From the NCBI GenBank assembly GCA_963693365.1, contig CAVNZM010000002.1, positions 5,534,259-5,598,258 on the forward strand: a DNA stretch of 64,000 bases, given 5' to 3'. The DNA comes from Amoebidium appalachense. Lineage: Eukaryota; Protista; Ichthyosporea. Both the position numbers and the translations under genes were made by a program. Below, one piece after another: positions 59,893 to 64,000 of this stretch (positions are counted from its first letter, which is position 1; the number at the start of each line of letters is the position of its first letter). The notes under the pieces are model-generated. The model saw nothing but the letters and a program-made list of their open reading frames with translations, was not told the DNA's origin and searched no databases.

Positions 59893-62212
59893 ATGAGTTT
59901 TCAAGCAGCCCTTAGCAAAAAAAACTTGGCACTTCTGGCAGCAGTGTTCCTTGTGTCATGCTCGGCCTACTAGCAAGCTCAGGTGTACCCTACACAAGAA
60001 GCTCGTGTATTTGCACGAATGATCTGGATATGATGACAAAAACCTTAAAAGTCACGAGTACAGTAAGCACAAACGTAGAGGTTGGGGCACCTGGGAGAAT
60101 GCACACAGGAACAAATACGAAAAAGGCTACCAACCCTTTCGGAAAATCAGAAAACACTGAGTCAGGGGAGCACGAAGCAGGGTTTTTCAGCTGTAGATTA
60201 CCCCCCATCCATGTCCTTGCTAAGTGCATGGATCTCAAGTGTCTCAACGCAACACTACATGGCGTGGAGCAGGCTGAGACAGTGTCGTGCATAGACTACA
60301 AGTGCCTTTCTGATAGTTGGGACCAAGACCCGAACTGCATATGGGAGGAAAGTCCACCCAAATCACCCAGTGGTAACCCCACAGAGGGAGCCACGACAAC
60401 ATTAGCAATTGTGGACAACGAACCCACCATAAATACAAAGCACAAATCTAGTGCGGCTACTAGTAGTTCAAAAGAGTCAGATGCAGACATCTTAGACGAC
60501 AAAACGAGAACAGCTGTGGCGGAAGGCAAATCAGCAACCGATGCGAAAAAAGAAAGAGGTGGCAGTGGTGGGCGCATTGCGATTGTAACGGCTGTATTAA
60601 AGTCTACGCAAGGGGCACATCTTAATGTGGAGGATACGTACAGCAAGATCGTCTCGTATGCACTGACCAATTACAATGTCTACGCTCAGCGGTACGGATA
60701 TGCTCTGTTCACATCGAACGCCCATCTGGCAGACCCCAGCAGGAAGGTGGGTGGTAGCATATATCATAGTATTGCCTATGTACTTCTATTAATAATGATT
60801 GTGCTCAATATCTTAGATCTCTCCTGCGCTTAGTCCGGTACCAACAATAAGAAAAGAGCACAACACGGCCCACACCGTGACCCATACCCTCCAATCATCC
60901 ACATGCCCACCAGAAAGTGGTGATATTTAAGAGAAAGCGATGGTTACAGACAGTCAGAGGCACACACACCCGGAGAGAATGCGATTGTATCCACGAACAA
61001 ACACTGCAGCGACAAGCATGGCCAGGTGCAGGCTCCCTTATGGCTGTGACGATTGCACACAAACACACACGATGAAGCCTTGACAACTTCCGGCCAATAT
61101 TACAGTGGGCCATAACACACAGGCAGCACCTGAATACGGCGTACACCAGCAAGCCATATCCACATCTAGCCCAATAACTGTACTCTGCTTCAAGTTGGCA
61201 TTTTAATACCACCACCAAACTGCTTGCCCCCCCAGTAAGCAGAAGCAAGAAAAATATAGATAGGAACTCAGGAGACGGGGCTTCTAGGAAGCTCCTTCGT
61301 CGATATTTTTCTTGCTTCTGCTTACTGCTGCAACTTTAACCCCCGGCCTTTCCCACTGCCCTTGCCTGCATAAGCAACCCTGCTCGTCTCTGATCAAGAC
61401 GGGTGACCTACCCATGTTCCAGTGAAACAGTATCTGAGTTGGGTTTCGTTAACGAGGTGAATAGGTCGAAATTCGGGTACTGTGGATCACGTGGGCCCCC
61501 CCTGAGGATGGGCTCTGCTTATTATGCATACTCTTTATGTATGGCTTGCGTTCTGCATCGTGTTATCCGTTTGTTCTTGTGTACTTCGTACTTTTTGACG
61601 CATTCAAACCCCCCCCCCCCCCCCCCCCCCAATACTCATGTGTGCATTCTTTTGCATCCTGGCATTTAGTATACACGCTGACAGCCTGAAACCCCCCCCA
61701 ATCCCCGCAGTTCTATTGGGCCAAAATCCCAATCATCCGCCACTACCTCGACCTGGGCTTCGAGTGGGTCTTCTGGACCGACATTGATTGGCTGTTTTTG
61801 AACACCAGCGCACCAATCGAATCGCTTATCGTCCCGGGCAAAGACATCATCACTAGCCGCGAGTGCTTTCAAGATGTTCCCCCAACCAAATCAATGTCCG
61901 GTACCATGCTGTTAAAGAACACACGGATAACCCGCCACATGTTGGATGTGTGGGATGGAATGTACGCCCAGTACAAGGACAACCACAATCCGGAGCAGGA
62001 GGCCTTCGAGGTCTTGATGGATGTGAACGGCTCATTTGCGCAAAACCATCACGTAGGGACCCCCCCCCCCCCCCCCCCCCCTCCGTCCCCCCGATTCTTT
62101 TATGGAGGCATACCATAACATGCCCCCCCCCCCCCCCCCCCCCCCCCCTCCCCCACCCCCCTTTAATGATGGACTCTATCAAAGTGTATTCTACCAACGC
62201 TTTGTTTGTCCA

Positions 62213-62249
<37 letters not shown>

Positions 62250-62488
62250 TGGCTCTGCATCAGTGACGGGCACATTTTTTCTCTAATGCCCCCCCAGTGA
62301 AACAGTATCTGAGTTGGGTTTCGTTAACGACGGGAATAGGTCGAAACTCGGGTACTGTGGATGACGTGGGCCCCCCCTGAGGATGGGCTCTGCTTATTAT
62401 GCATACTCTTTATGTATGGCTTGCATTCTGCATCGTGTTATCCGTTTGTTCTTGTGTACTTCGTACTTTTTGACGCATTCAAACCCCC

Positions 62489-62519
<31 letters not shown>

Positions 62520-63055
62520 AATAAAATAAAAAAATAAAAAACCACCACCACCACCGTCACGCCCAATCGTGAAAAAACCCGTATGAGATCTCTGAATGGT
62601 GGTGGCGCGTGGATCCTCACAGAGAAAGGATATTCGTTGCATGTATTACCATCAGGGTTTGGGTGTTTGTCTGTATGCTGGGCGGTCTTTTTGTCTACAT
62701 TTTACATCGAGGGCACTACCGTACACTGTGACCACAGTGCCCACTCAACAACTAGACGCCTTATTAGGAAGATTTCAAAGGTGTTAAACCACATTGATAC
62801 ACTCTTTGCTCTATGTTGCTACTCTGACTTGGTACCCTACCACAGAACCACAATGCCAGCGACTTCATGACGTACCACTACTGCCACGGCCCAGCACGGG
62901 ACATGATTGCACAGGGCGGTCATTTTGGCATCCACTTCCCGGGCCCAGACAAGGTCGGCATCATGCACGAATACTACAGCGAATGGCTGCAGACTCTGCC
63001 TGAGAATGAGCGACCTACACAGTACCTCAACATGAACTTCACCCCGTTGGAATGA
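59893..63055 (+). CDS. GT34-family glycosyltransferase paralogue B; 3 exons; apparent frameshift in the N-terminal anchor near 59952
   Basis: Exons ~59893-60746, 61711-62052, 62846-63055. Catalytic region nearly identical to paralogue A, with the same intron positions. The ATG 59893 frame (MSFQAALSKKNLALLAAVFL) differs from the long ORF starting at 59958. Confidence 0.82.
61234..61608 (+). mobile_element. Penelope-like element subfamily A with inverted, partly duplicated 5' segment (copy 8)
   Basis: 61234-61305 matches 27421-27492 as written on the + strand (element antisense); 61303-61608 is element sense; C7 on the left and C22 on the right. Confidence 0.88.
62296..62483 (+). mobile_element. 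Penelope-like element subfamily A, 5'-truncated (copy 9)
   Basis: Near-identical to 7246-7433; between C7 (62289-62295) and a long C-run; intron 2 of GT34 paralogue B. Confidence 0.88.
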
Positions 63056-63488
63056 ATGTAGGTTTATCTTGTTTATTGTGTATATTTAGGATTAATATTA
63101 GGAAGAATGTGGATTATCATGTTTTTATGAGATTCCGATGAATATTTATAACGGGAAGGGTCGATGTCTACAAATGTAAATAACTGTTCACCTGCAAGAT
63201 ATGCCAAGCTGAGCGATTCAATTATTTGAATGCGGAAGTTCATCCCGCAGTGAAATTCAGAAGACAAATATCAAAAACACGGTTCCCCGTGCTGGATATG
63301 TTCACCCCTTGGAATCTACACGGCATGTTATCATACCTCTAGTCTTCAATGGCCACAGCTGGTTGTAGCCTCCCACGGGGGGGGGGGGGGGGGGAGGGGG
63401 GGGGGGGGGGGGGGATGATGGCAAGTTGTGTGTTGGTGTGTGTGCCGCATGATGCCCCAGCACAATGTTCTGTGTGGCACTGTGCGAA

Positions 63489-63543
<55 letters not shown>

Positions 63544-63616
63544 CACTTTATGTGTCAGTGTTTTGACAAGCGCAAGCGTGTTGTTTGTATGTGTGTGCGT
63601 AACATGTGTGTGTTCA

Positions 63617-63648
<32 letters not shown>

Positions 63649-64000
63649 GTGTCTGTGTGCGCCTCGCTCGATGCAGGCTGAGTTGTGTGTATGTGGTGCG
63701 GAGGGTCCCAGTGCCTAATTAGTCTCCGGGCCACTTAAGCTTGTGTTGTGCGTCCACACATGTGTGTCTTCTTAGACCATAACATGTAGGTATGTGTGGT
63801 ACAGTACGAGTATGCCGTGCAGTGTGTACTGTTGTTAGCAGTGAGACACATGCACAACAAATTGCACACAGTGTGCGCCAGAGACAAGGGGGAGAGGGGG
63901 AGGGGTTCCTGGAGGACATTTAATAGACAGCCTGAGGTGACGGGTGCGAGGGGGAAAAGTCGGTGAAAACGCCGGTGTGACTCGCAAAGGAGACTACATG

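Overview
Eukaryotic nuclear DNA, intron-dense and probably from a non-metazoan protist; the species cannot be determined from this window. Introns are filled with C/G homopolymers and (CA)n/(GT)n/(CT)n, so most entries in the ORF track are artefacts. Genes rebuilt by hand from splice sites: the 3' part of CNOT1 (36 exons, 445-20010, +); a nucleus-encoded mitochondrial uL16 (6 exons, 31133-23689, -); and two paralogous GT34-family glycosyltransferases (33825-37839 and about 59893-63055, +). Between the paralogues lies a ~14.5 kb TGT...ACA terminal-inverted-repeat element (40351-54876). It carries decayed Ginger/Gypsy-type integrase pieces, a chromodomain plus USP-like protease, a divergent gene resembling a catalytically dead beta-class DNA methyltransferase, and two palindromic satellite arrays. 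The most interesting signal is a family of nine 5'-truncated, C-run-terminated Penelope-like retroelement copies, all intronic and all sense to the host gene. Their 3' region folds, with covariation between two subfamilies, into a kink-turn plus a hammerhead ribozyme whose three core strands are in a non-circularly-permuted (pseudoknotted) order. All family assignments come from motif recognition by eye, not database searches.
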